Source: Octopus vulgaris
Lineage: Eukaryota
Reading direction: 5' to 3'
Assembly: GCA_951406725.2 (NCBI GenBank)
Contig: OX597820.1
Location: 104,160,001-104,224,000 of the forward strand
Length of the DNA stretch: 64,000 nt
The notes under the pieces are model-generated. The model saw only the letters and a program-made list of their open reading frames with translations. It ran no database searches and was not told the origin of the DNA. Made by a program: the position numbers and the translations under genes. Below, in pieces: positions 41,301 to 49,149 of this stretch (position 1 is its first letter; the number at the start of each line of letters is the position of its first letter).

Positions 41301-44300
41301 ACTGGTCTATCATACGGTGTCTTTTGTTTTATTTTAATATTGCATCATCTAGTTTGTGAAGCCCATCCTTCTAATGTCTTATCTAATTACCTCACCCCAG
41401 ATGTTCTTTCACATACTTCTGCTTCTTGTTCCCCTTAATATGGAACTTGTCTCGCTCACTACCACCATCTCTTTATTTCATACACATTATAAGGCGCATG
41501 GCTCAGTGGTTAGAGCGTCGAGCTTACGATCGTGAGGTTGTGAGCTCGAATCCCGGACGGGGCTGCGTGTTGTGTTCTTGAGCAAGGCACTTTATTTCAC
41601 GTTGCTCCAGTTCACTCAGCTGTAGAAATGAGTTGCGACGTCACAGGTGCCAAGCTGTATCGGCCCTTGCCTTTCCCTTGGACAACATCGGTGACGTGGA
41701 GAGGGGAGGCCGGTATGCATGGGCGACTGCTGGTCTTCCATAAAAAACAACCTTGCCCAGACTTGTGCCTTAGAGGGTATCTCTCTAGGTGCAAACCCAT
41801 GGTCAGTGCCTGACCGAAGGGGGTCTTTACCCCTTTATAATATTTACTAGTGTAGTGTAGAACTTGGCTTTTATAAAATTACAAAGCCCTTTTGGAAAGT
41901 TTATGAAACCACAATAATATATACAAGCCACAATAATCAGTGGATGAGAGAATTAATTTTCACCTGTGCCGGTGGCACATAAAAAGCACCATCCGAACGT
42001 TGCCACGCCGCCTTGGCTGGCTTCAGTGCCGCTGGCACGTTAAAAGCTCCAACCGATCGTGACCGATGCCGGATCCCCCCCTGGCATCTGTGCAGGTGGC
42101 ACGTAAAACACCCACTACACTCGCGGAGTGGTTGGCGTTAGGAAGGGCATCCAGCTGTAAAAACTCTGCCAGATCAGACTGGAGCCTGGAGCAGCCCCTG
42201 GCTTCCCAGACCCCGGTCGAACTGTCCAACCCGTGCTAGCGTGGAAAACGGACGTTAAACGATGATGATGATGATAAGGCACTAATCTGTTGCAAATAAC
42301 ATTCTCATGATAAACTGGTATTTATTCTCTAGCTAGGTAAACTGAAACCGTACCTGGCACACAGACATTAAAACATTTGTAGTAGGACCTTTCAGCTGGT
42401 AGCCTGATATCGTAATTACATGGTCATTTCATCTCTGTATGGAAGAGGTGAAATTCCAGATCTTACTATTCTCCTTGCTGTAAACCTAAAGTCACATGTC
42501 ACCATTAATAACCAGACACACTGTCTATCGGTCTTCCTATCTGGTTGGTTGACTAACTTCTTTTCTGAAACTTATATTGCAGGTGATAACAATCATTGCT
42601 CTTATCAAACGTTAAAAAAACTTTAAACTTTTTCAGTCTTCTTGCCACATTATGTAGGAATAAACCATTCTTTTACTTGCATTGCAGGTCATTGAAGTGA
42701 CCTACTAGGCTTAAGGTACCCCTGCAGAATGCATATATATAAACTATAGCCAGTATCATGTCATCTACCAATGAAGAATGTATAGGCAGTTTCAAAGCAT
42801 AGTCTGTAAGACAATGACAGTAGTGAGATAATTTGGGACACAGATCATCATCATCATCATAGTTTAACGTCCATTTTCCATGCTAGCATGGGTTGGATGG
42901 TTTGACCGGGGTCTGGGAAGCCAGGAAGCTGCACCAGGCTCCAGTCTGATCTGGCAGTGTTTCTATGGCTGGATGCCCTTCCTAACGCCAACCACTCTGT
43001 GAGTGTAGTGGGTGCTTTTTACATGCCAGGGGAGGCTGGCAACGGCCGTGATCAGTTGGTGCTTTTTACGTGCCACTGGCACAGAAGCCAGTCAAGGTGG
43101 CACTGGCATCGATGACATGGAAAAATAAAAGAGGATATTTTTAGATGTTTATAATAGGATAAAAGAGTATTTATTTACATTGAAATTTGGCTTCAAAGGA
43201 CTCTTAAGAATGGAAAATAAAATAGAAGGTGCAGATAATACAGATATAAGAGACTTTAACCCTGTAGCTCATAGGAACATTGGTGATGACTCCATCTTCA
43301 AGAAAAATATCTTCAGCAGATTAGCTTGCTGAAGTTTATCCTACTGCATGCTATAATTATAATAGGAGTTTGATTCAGCACTGTAACAAATGATATGTCA
43401 GTTTTGCAGTGCTTCTGCTGCTACACAGATATGTGAGTTTTCTACCTAGCTAAGTGCACAATTTTGTTGGTGTGTTTAGTATTGCCCTTGAATGCAGTAC
43501 TGCACCAGTGACAAAATATAAACCACCACTCTCTTCACTGGTTGTGTTTCTACTTGACTACCAGCATTTTCATAAAGTAGATGAGTTGTAAAGACAATTC
43601 AGTTCAAGAGCATTAGCATTTGGGAGAACATTCAGCCATAGAAATCAAGCAGTAGCTTCCAGTGAGAAATAACTCAAACTGTGATGACCTACACTAGCCA
43701 TGTCATCATAGAAACCAGATGGTGATAGGAAATATATGCATTAGGCTTTTGCGATTTTCTGGTTGGTCATTCATTAATATGCAGGTAGTGTTGATATTAG
43801 CAGTTGCCATGGTTACAACAGTGTGGGCTGGGCTTGAATGATATCACAGTTCTTCAGTGGGAAGTGGAAAAAATCCTTCTTGGTCCTCAAATGTGTCTTT
43901 GCTTCTTTTCTTGTGGCTAATACTTATCAACTGAAAAGTTTTATTGCTAAAACCTAAGAGATGTTTAGGTTAATCTCCTGCACTCAAATACACCCTTATA
44001 AGTTGATTAATAATCAACAAGCAACAAATATAGTCATAGGCTCTCTATTCACCACTGGATGATGCATGAGGCTTCATTGCAAGATGAATGTAAGCTGTAG
44101 GATGAAGGCAAGAAGGTTAGACTCCTTGCTACAATTGATACTGTAGCAGTGCAGTGAATAAACCTTGTATGCAGACTGAGTATGCTGTCTTTTTGTTCTA
44201 CAATTATGCTTACATCAAACAACTTGTTACAAATGATAGCAACTTTCTCTTTAGCTTACAGAAGAGTTGTAGAAACTTATGAATGAGAGATCTGTTAAAA

Positions 44301-45024
44301 GAACAGGAAATTCGTGCAAATTGTATATGTGCAAGTTTACAGCTAAAAGGTTCTCTGGACACTTTTGAAGGAAGTATAAAGACCTTTTCTTCTCCAGCAC
44401 TGGTGAAGGTTGATTCTTGCACAATAGTTGACACTGGAAGGATTGGGTGGGAAATGATGATAATGATGTGTGTGTGTGTGTTTAAAATATTTTATGGATC
44501 AAATCTCAAACCATTATTTAGTCATTGTTTTCCTTGCTATTTAACAAATTTACATGTTCCATACTAGTAATTAATTATGCAGGCATTTTTTTTAATGAAG
44601 TAAATGATGACAAATTTTGACGTACTTGTGTTGCAGTTCCCCCAAATTCTTGATGACATTGGTCTTGTTGGCTTTTCTTATGATTCTCATGTTCATCATG
44701 TGATTCACCTCTTCAGGACACACATAAAGGTAACCGTGTGTTCTGTCATTGGCAAACCCCTGCATTGCAGTGTGTCCTTTTGGGTTTGCTGTGCCTCTAT
44801 CAACAATTAATATGGATTGCTGTTTCTTATTTACATGTTTCAGTACCATTGCCTTGGAGATGCAACCCTTTACAGATTGTTTGACTCGTTAGTTCAGCTA
44901 ACTAATTAAATGTTCTCATATACTCATCTATCCATATGTATATATTTGTGTATGTGTGCATATGTATATATTTGTATATGTGTATATATAATATATGCAT
45001 ATGTCTATGTTTGTCTGGTGTATG

Positions 45025-45065
<41 letters not shown>

Positions 45066-45691
45066 GCACACATATATATGCATACGTACATATTTGTATG
45101 TGTGTGTGCGTGTGTGTGTGTATATATATGCATATGTCTATATTTGTGTGCGTGTTATACACACACACACACACTTACACATATGTACATTTGGAACTGT
45201 CTTTCTTATGTTTGCATCATGATTATATTGTTCTCCATAACTTATTTTTCTTTATATTTTACACTTTTTTGTTGTTGCCCTTGTCCTACTCATAGTTTTA
45301 TTGAATTAACATTTCCAGTATTTAAACTAACATTGTCTGAATAACCTTGGTTTATGACATTCACTATAGAACACCATTTTTCCTACTTTTTTTTTTACAA
45401 GTCGTCTATGTAATATTTTTACATAAAACTAGTCTTGTCTCTTTTTCTTTTGTGTGTGTGTGTGTGCAGCTAAATATGAATTTTCATTTGTTTGTTTGTT
45501 TTTTTGTTGTTTTTTGTTTTTATTTTTTCTCACTTCATGTGTCATTATGTGATGACAAGTAGCTAGTTAGTTCATCAAAATTAAACAAAAATCCAGCACA
45601 AATCTAACGAAAGTTAGAAAAGACGCAGAATGATTTTGACATCTTCATTTGTGTTTCTGACATGCTTTGACTTCTTTAACTGACTCATAAA

Positions 45692-45728
<37 letters not shown>

Positions 45729-45973
45729 GTCTTCCATTTTCCCTCTTCTCACCATACATGCAATTACTGTTACATTTCCCAGGTGGGAATTTGCTTGCAT
45801 TCACTGTCCACTAAGTTCAAAATATATATATTTCAATTTTGTTGTTGCTACCATTTAATAAAAGAAAACTTCTTTTTTTTTTTTGTTTCAGACCAAAGAC
45901 TGCTGGAGGAGCTAACAATAACAAAAAAGGATCTCAACTATACCCTACATCTAGAGGTCTTGTCCCCAAGTAG
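1757..45973 (+). CDS. KIF3B: Kinesin-2 motor subunit gene (KIF3B/KRP95-like), 19 exons in window, 5'-incomplete
   Basis: Hand-spliced exons have GT-AG ends and matching phases (1910 nt). They encode switch I NEHSSRSH, switch [27 protein letters not shown], neck [21 protein letters not shown], a coiled coil, and a KIF3B-type tail ([13 protein letters not shown]...[11 protein letters not shown]). The P-loop exon is not in the window. Confidence 0.95.
2099..2329. mobile_element. Non-autonomous TTAA-ended (piggyBac-like) DNA element remnant
   Basis: Ends in ...aagggttaa; similar sequence recurs at about 33990-34150, and other gggttaa/gagttaa-ended relics lie at 30750-30900 and 34570-34760. Confidence 0.4.
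4048..4131 (+). CDS. KIF3B: KIF3B exon ([28 protein letters not shown])
   Basis: ttctag / gtaagt; 84 nt, phase 0-0. Confidence 0.95.
6034..6495 (-). mobile_element. CR1-like LINE 3' end (RT C-terminus plus (TTA)n tail)
   Basis: ORF 6189-6482 reads [12 protein letters not shown]...TRGHIYKV...[12 protein letters not shown]; near-identical copy at 30184-30750. Confidence 0.85.
7136..7572 (-). mobile_element. SINE family A (RTE-like 3' tail GGACGTTAAAC(GAT)n)
   Basis: Same sequence at 9891, 21931, 25633, 31127, 32335, 41962 and 42845. Confidence 0.85.
7783..9012 (+). mobile_element. Decayed full-length mariner (Tc1/mariner) transposon
   Basis: TA-flanked TIRs ttgggccatcccataaataatg ... cattatttatgggatgatccaa; ~1.23 kb; broken transposase motifs VTG.KKW, DNAQPH and [13 protein letters not shown]. 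Confidence 0.9.
9417..9634 (+). mobile_element. tRNA-derived SINE family B with 17-bp TSD
   Basis: A/B-box-like head (ggcagaatcgttagc...gagttcaaattcc), core gcctttcatcctttcggggtcgataaattaagtacc; TSD ggtatataacatgacta at 9400 and 9635. Confidence 0.9.
9891..10135 (-). mobile_element. SINE family A copy
   Basis: (CAT)n tail plus the shared body. Confidence 0.85.
11232..11628 (+). mobile_element. tRNA-derived SINE family C (internal TA/TG microsatellite)
   Basis: Head gtggctgtgtggtaag...ggttcagtccc (5' end locally duplicated), tail gactgaaacaagtaaaagag; copies at 20140, 53094-54071, 59941 and 62148. Confidence 0.9.
11857..11936 (+). CDS. KIF3B: KIF3B exon ([27 protein letters not shown])
   Basis: ttacag / gtatgt; phase 0-2. 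Confidence 0.95.
13789..14190. mobile_element. MITE with GGATCTTTTCGGTTTGA TIRs and 8-bp TSD (Merlin- or hAT-like)
   Basis: TSD ggttcttg at 13781 and 14191; inverted copy at 51685-52100; fragment at about 20030-20127. Confidence 0.88.
15244..15313 (+). CDS. KIF3B: KIF3B exon, switch I ([23 protein letters not shown])
   Basis: atccag / gtaaat; phase 2-0. Confidence 0.95.
15714..15849 (+). mobile_element. 5'-truncated SINE family B with TSD cattttaactcata
   Basis: Direct repeat on both sides; family B core and tail. Confidence 0.8.
17098..17190 (+). CDS. KIF3B: KIF3B exon, switch II ([31 protein letters not shown])
   Basis: ctgaag / gtaagt; phase 0-0. Confidence 0.95.
17815..17947 (+). CDS. 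KIF3B: KIF3B exon ([44 protein letters not shown])
   Basis: tcacag / gtaatc; phase 0-1. Confidence 0.95.
19901..19988 (+). CDS. KIF3B: KIF3B exon ([30 protein letters not shown])
   Basis: ttatag / gtaaag; phase 1-2. Confidence 0.95.
20140..20567 (+). mobile_element. SINE family C, full length
   Basis: Colinear with 11232-11628. Confidence 0.9.
20664..20759 (+). CDS. KIF3B: KIF3B exon, neck ([32 protein letters not shown])
   Basis: tcacag / gttggt; phase 2-2. Confidence 0.95.
21120..21730 (+). mobile_element. Highly decayed non-LTR retrotransposon RT 3' end
   Basis: Residual motifs HYYNGVCS and [10 protein letters not shown] across frameshifts resemble LINE RT C-termini. Confidence 0.5.
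21931..22245 (-). mobile_element. SINE family A copy with internal tandem subrepeats
   Basis: Three ggtgctttttacgtgcc units after the shared body. Confidence 0.85.
22399..22463 (+). CDS. KIF3B: KIF3B exon ([21 protein letters not shown])
   Basis: tttcag / gtaagt; phase 2-1; basic hinge. Confidence 0.88.
22723..22868 (+). CDS. KIF3B: KIF3B exon ([15 protein letters not shown]...[16 protein letters not shown])
   Basis: ctttag / gtaaat; phase 1-0; acidic hinge. Confidence 0.9.
23394..23486 (+). CDS. KIF3B: KIF3B exon ([31 protein letters not shown])
   Basis: ctacag / gtaact; phase 0-0. Confidence 0.92.
24840..24944 (+). CDS. KIF3B: KIF3B exon ([35 protein letters not shown])
   Basis: tttcag / gtaaat; KIF3B signature [13 protein letters not shown]. 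Confidence 0.95.
26288..26505 (-). mobile_element. SINE family B copy
   Basis: Reverse complement of 9417-9634. Confidence 0.85.
26711..26830 (+). CDS. KIF3B: KIF3B exon ([10 protein letters not shown]...[18 protein letters not shown])
   Basis: ttaaag / gtaatt; phase 0-0. Confidence 0.93.
27330..27850 (+). mobile_element. RTE-clade LINE 3' fragment
   Basis: Translates as [16 protein letters not shown]...[16 protein letters not shown], the RTE RT C-terminal WFGH/RGRP motifs. Confidence 0.8.
28112..28230 (+). CDS. KIF3B: KIF3B exon ([39 protein letters not shown])
   Basis: tttcag / gtatga; phase 0-2. Confidence 0.94.
28575..28850 (+). mobile_element. RTE-like 5'-UTR fragment
   Basis: gcaatggcaaaccac...ccaagggaacactatgga resembles the recalled BovB/RTE 5' motif. 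Confidence 0.45.
29860..29973 (+). CDS. KIF3B: KIF3B exon ([37 protein letters not shown])
   Basis: tttcag / gtaagt; phase 2-2; conserved IIENFIP motif. Confidence 0.94.
30184..30750 (-). mobile_element. CR1-like LINE 3' end, second copy
   Basis: Near-identical to 6034-6495 and extends further 5' (coding [10 protein letters not shown]). Confidence 0.85.
31127..31385 (+). mobile_element. SINE family A copy (fused downstream of a family C head at 30975-31125)
   Basis: Body plus (GAT)n tail. Confidence 0.85.
31720..32060 (+). mobile_element. tRNA-derived SINE family D (older copy)
   Basis: Colinear with 41493-41835. Confidence 0.8.
32335..32619 (+). mobile_element. SINE family A copy
   Basis: Body plus (GAT)n tail. 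Confidence 0.85.
32879..33087 (-). mobile_element. SINE family B variant nested in a family C head, 20-bp TSD
   Basis: TSD aagtattttctatattcttt at 32859 and 33088. Confidence 0.85.
33243..33474 (-). mobile_element. Young SINE family B copy with 17-bp TSD
   Basis: TSD atttcagtcttataacc at 33226 and 33475; CpGs retained. Confidence 0.9.
35446..35548 (+). CDS. KIF3B: KIF3B exon ([34 protein letters not shown])
   Basis: atttag / gtctgt; phase 2-0; KRPxSAVG motif. Confidence 0.9.
37555..37930 (+). mobile_element. Non-autonomous Helitron
   Basis: A|TC start, 3' hairpin (tatgacctggc-gtt-gccagatcata) and CTAG|T end. Confidence 0.8.
38056..38195 (+). CDS. KIF3B: KIF3B exon ([46 protein letters not shown])
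   Basis: taacag / gtcagt; phase 0-2. Confidence 0.93.
38392..38445 (+). CDS. KIF3B: KIF3B short exon ([17 protein letters not shown])
   Basis: Long pyrimidine tract + caatag / gtacgt; 54 nt, phase 2-2. Confidence 0.8.
39419..39649 (+). mobile_element. SINE family B with 14-bp TSD agatacatgatcaa
   Basis: TSD at 39405 and 39650. Confidence 0.88.
41493..41835 (+). mobile_element. tRNA-derived SINE family D
   Basis: A box tggctcagtggttagagc and B box gagctcgaatccc, then a non-tRNA body shared with 31720. Confidence 0.85.
41962..42275 (+). mobile_element. SINE family A copy
   Basis: Body plus (GAT)n tail. Confidence 0.85.
42845..43112 (-). mobile_element. SINE family A copy
   Basis: (CAT)n tail plus body; inverted relative to 41962-42275. 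Confidence 0.85.
44637..44729 (+). CDS. Candidate alternative cassette exon of KIF3B encoding a hydrophobic C-terminal tail ([22 protein letters not shown])
   Basis: ttgcag acceptor at 44636, aag/gtaacc donor at 44730; the phase-2 reading ends at TGA 44701-44703. No transcript evidence. Confidence 0.3.
44935..45190. repeat. Compound (TA)/(TG)/(CA) microsatellite
   Basis: Directly visible. Confidence 0.95.
45892..45973 (+). CDS. KIF3B: KIF3B terminal coding exon ([27 protein letters not shown])
   Basis: T-rich tract + tttcag; ends in the KIF3B-type YPxSRGLVPK followed by TAG. Confidence 0.93.
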
Positions 45974-46787
45974 ATTCCCACATTAACTGCATTTGCCTGC
46001 ATTCCAGTGCCATCTTAGCCTGCTGTTTGCTGCCCCTTTATAAAACAGACTGTTTGACTGTTGTCCCCTTTCACACTGATACTGCAGTGTAAATCCTCTG
46101 TTTTTGTTTCCTTTTGTTTGGTTTCTGTTTCTCCAGTCCCCCCCCCCTATTTATTTTGTTTTCCTCATATTTATACATTTATTTATTTTTCATTTTTCCG
46201 CCCAAAATTCCGAGGAATGAAAACTAAAGCAAGAAAAGTGACTATCCAATGCCCTGCGTACTCCTTCACAACAGCTCCCGCCCCCTTCTACTCCTTTCCT
46301 CCATCCATTACCAACCCCAACCTCATAATAATGACTGGTTGCAAACGTCCTGTTTATAAAACTCTTCTGGCTTGCTTTCTTCTCCTCCTGTGCCCTCCTC
46401 CCCATAAATTCTATTTATTGTTCCTAGTGTTGCTGTGCTAGAATCCATTGACATTTCTCCCTTCAACATAGCTTGCCCACAGCAGCAGCAGCAACAGCGG
46501 CGGCGGCAGCAGTCAATGTAGCTGCTGCACCAAGTGTAGCTTGTATATATATTACACTTTATTTATGACTTAGAGCCTCCTCTGCTGTCCATTTGTCTTC
46601 TAGTCTGGGTGCTGCATTCTTTATATCATATTTATGGCCTGCTACAATGCTGCTGAAAAAAACTACCAGTATAACTGTTTATGTGTGTGCACGAGTGATT
46701 GTATGTGTGTGCATATATGCATATTTTTGCATTATGTTCATTTAATCTATTATCAGCTGTATGACAACTGCTTTGTAAAATGCACAA

Positions 46788-46824
<37 letters not shown>

Positions 46825-47410
46825 ACCATACCTATGTGCATGGACACCTGCCATAGCCTGATTCTATCCGTCTCTCTCTCTCTCTTTCATTGTCAATTTA
46901 ATTTAAGATAACATGAAGCTTTAAAGAATGTCATGTTGCTTCTGTTCTTAGACATGTCAGCACACAAGACATGTTCTTCAAATCACATACACACAGACAA
47001 GCACACACAATCCTATATATATATATATATATGACATATATATATTATATACATACAAATGTTCTTTTATTTTACGTCCGTTTTTCCATGCTAGCATGGG
47101 TTAGGTGTGTGTGCATGTGTGTGATATACATTATATTTATTATATGTGCATATATGTATGCCTGGGAGTGTATATATGTATGTGTGTGTTTGTGTATATA
47201 TATATATATACATATATATAAGCATACGCGTGTGTGTATTGTATATGCCTGTATGCATATATATATAAGCATATAAGTGTGTGTATATTATGTATGCCTG
47301 TGTGCATATATACATATATATATATATATATATACCTAAATTGTTTTTAAAAAATGTCATACTATTCAACATTGGTTTTGTTTTGTTTTTGTTTTTCGAA
47401 ACCAACTTTC

Positions 47411-47416
47411 AATAAA
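47411..47416 (+). promoter_or_regulatory. Candidate polyadenylation signal of the kinesin gene
   Basis: AATAAA about 1.4 kb after the stop codon, followed by a GT/T-rich tract (tttttgttgttattctggttgttgtttc). Confidence 0.35.
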
Positions 47417-47739
47417 TTAAATTTTTGTTGTTATTCTGGTTGTTGTTTCTCAATCTTCCCGTTACCATTAACTACAGGGCATCCAGCCAAAGTACGGGGG
47501 ATGTTTTATTCATGCAGATGTACTCCTTTATTTGTCTGAGTGTTGGATCCTTCGGATGTCAAGTAATATATGCAAGCCACACTATTGTCTCATATTTTCA
47601 TTTAGTCTCTCTGTAATGCTTCTAGATATCTCACCAATGTATTTCATGTTCTTGTCTTCACACGCACACACACAGACAGACAGATAGACAGACAGACCGA
47701 TCGATCAATCTTTGTTAGAGGCCTGAAGCTGAATCAATC

Positions 47740-48730
47740 CATTTTAAATATTCTGTACACCCAATGTACAGTCCATCTCAGCACCTGTGAAAGAGAGTAA
47801 CTCTCTTGAACAAATAGCTACGTATGCGGACAAGATATTAGAATTCTCCAAGTCTACCTCACCCGCTGACTAGATAGTAGCCATCACTTCCTCTACAGTT
47901 TCTCGGAATCCTTCTTCGACTTCAGCTGGTTTCGCGGTTATGTTGTGTGCATTCTTCTTCCCGATCGTCTTCCAGGAATCGTTTTAGGCATCGTTCTTCT
48001 CGCCAGCGTGCCAGTACTTTGTCCGATTTGCCGTGTTGGTACCATCGACAATTTGGGATAAGGCACATCTATGTAGACAGCCTTGCTCTTACTCCCCACA
48101 GAGAAACTAGACCGAGAGACCCTGAACACATCAGCCGTTCCTGTGCTTCGTTCTACTCCACTTCGTGCATTTCTTTAGAGACTTCAACTCCTCTAAGCTT
48201 TACATGATCGACACGGAAGTCAGCGTTAGTATTTGGCCCTTATGTTTCACCTCGACTAGGCCTCAACCTCCTGACATTTTTTTGTATGCTGTTAACCACT
48301 CTACTATCCAGGCCTACGGACAGATTTCCTTATCTGTGGATTTATCTCTACGTAGAGATTTTAAATGGATTTTCGTCATCGCTGTTCTGCCTTATCCAAC
48401 ATTGGATGCGGACTTTCTACACCATTACTCATTATTGGTTGATGTGAGAATGCAGCGGCTTCTTGACAATACCAGCTCCTTATCAACTCCAACAAAGATT
48501 TCTATTGTCGCTCCTGTAAGCCCCTCTGTCTTCGTTGCCGCCTCAGGAAACTCGTACCACGCATTGCTCGCTTCTTTTCCAGAGCTTACTGATTTGTCGT
48601 TTAAACCAACCGAGCCTGTTTATTCAACGAGACATTTCATCTTCAAAAAAGGACCTCTTGCTTTTTTTCTCGTCCGCGACGGTTAGCACCGGACAAACAT
48701 AAGACAGCTCGAGCTGAATTTGAACCGGAT
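47740..48730 (+). mobile_element. Ty3/Gypsy LTR retrotransposon gag-protease fossil
   Basis: CWYHRQFG knuckle, protease-like YMIDTEVSVS, and DLSLRRDFKWIFVIA...DADFLHHYSLLVD; frameshifted. Confidence 0.85.
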
Positions 48731-49149
48731 GATGAGGGGTTATATGTCGTGCGTAATTCTATGGTTTCATATCAAAACACAAGTGCTATTTTTAGGATGT
48801 TGACTAAATGTGCAATCACGCACAAAATGACAACTTTGAAATCGTGTTTCTTGACTGGGTGAAAATGGTCAAATGACTATACTAACCTCTATAACTTTTT
48901 AACAACATTTTTCTAGAAAAAAGTTGAATAACTCTACCAATTTAGCATGGAAAGGTATATTAATGTGCCAAAATTTTAAATTTTCGATAAACTTCAATTT
49001 TTGAAATTCTGGCAGCCAAACGAACTAGATCCGTATTTGCTCCTGTAAAGACGCGTCACCTAACTCTGCTCTATCGACTTCTTCTCTTTGAGAATACCAT
49101 ACTATCTTTCTGACGTCGTCCATAGAAATTCGTTTTCACTTTACTGACG

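Noticed and set aside
41493-41570. tRNA-like sequence (also at 9417, 20140, 31720, 60348)
   Set aside because: The A/B boxes run into multi-copy non-tRNA bodies with tails or TSDs and no closed acceptor stem, so these are SINE heads rather than tRNA genes.
44604-44849. ORFs 44604-44810 (+) and 44592-44849 (-) as independent genes
   Set aside because: No recognisable domain, and the + ORF is in the wrong phase to join the upstream kinesin exon; only the phase-2 reading is kept as a hypothesis.
44902-45344. Long overlapping ORFs rich in Y/I/H/T/C/V/M (also 46971-47405, 55991-56632, 57209-58183, 61800-62298)
   Set aside because: They are translations of dinucleotide and tetranucleotide microsatellites that simply lack stop codons.
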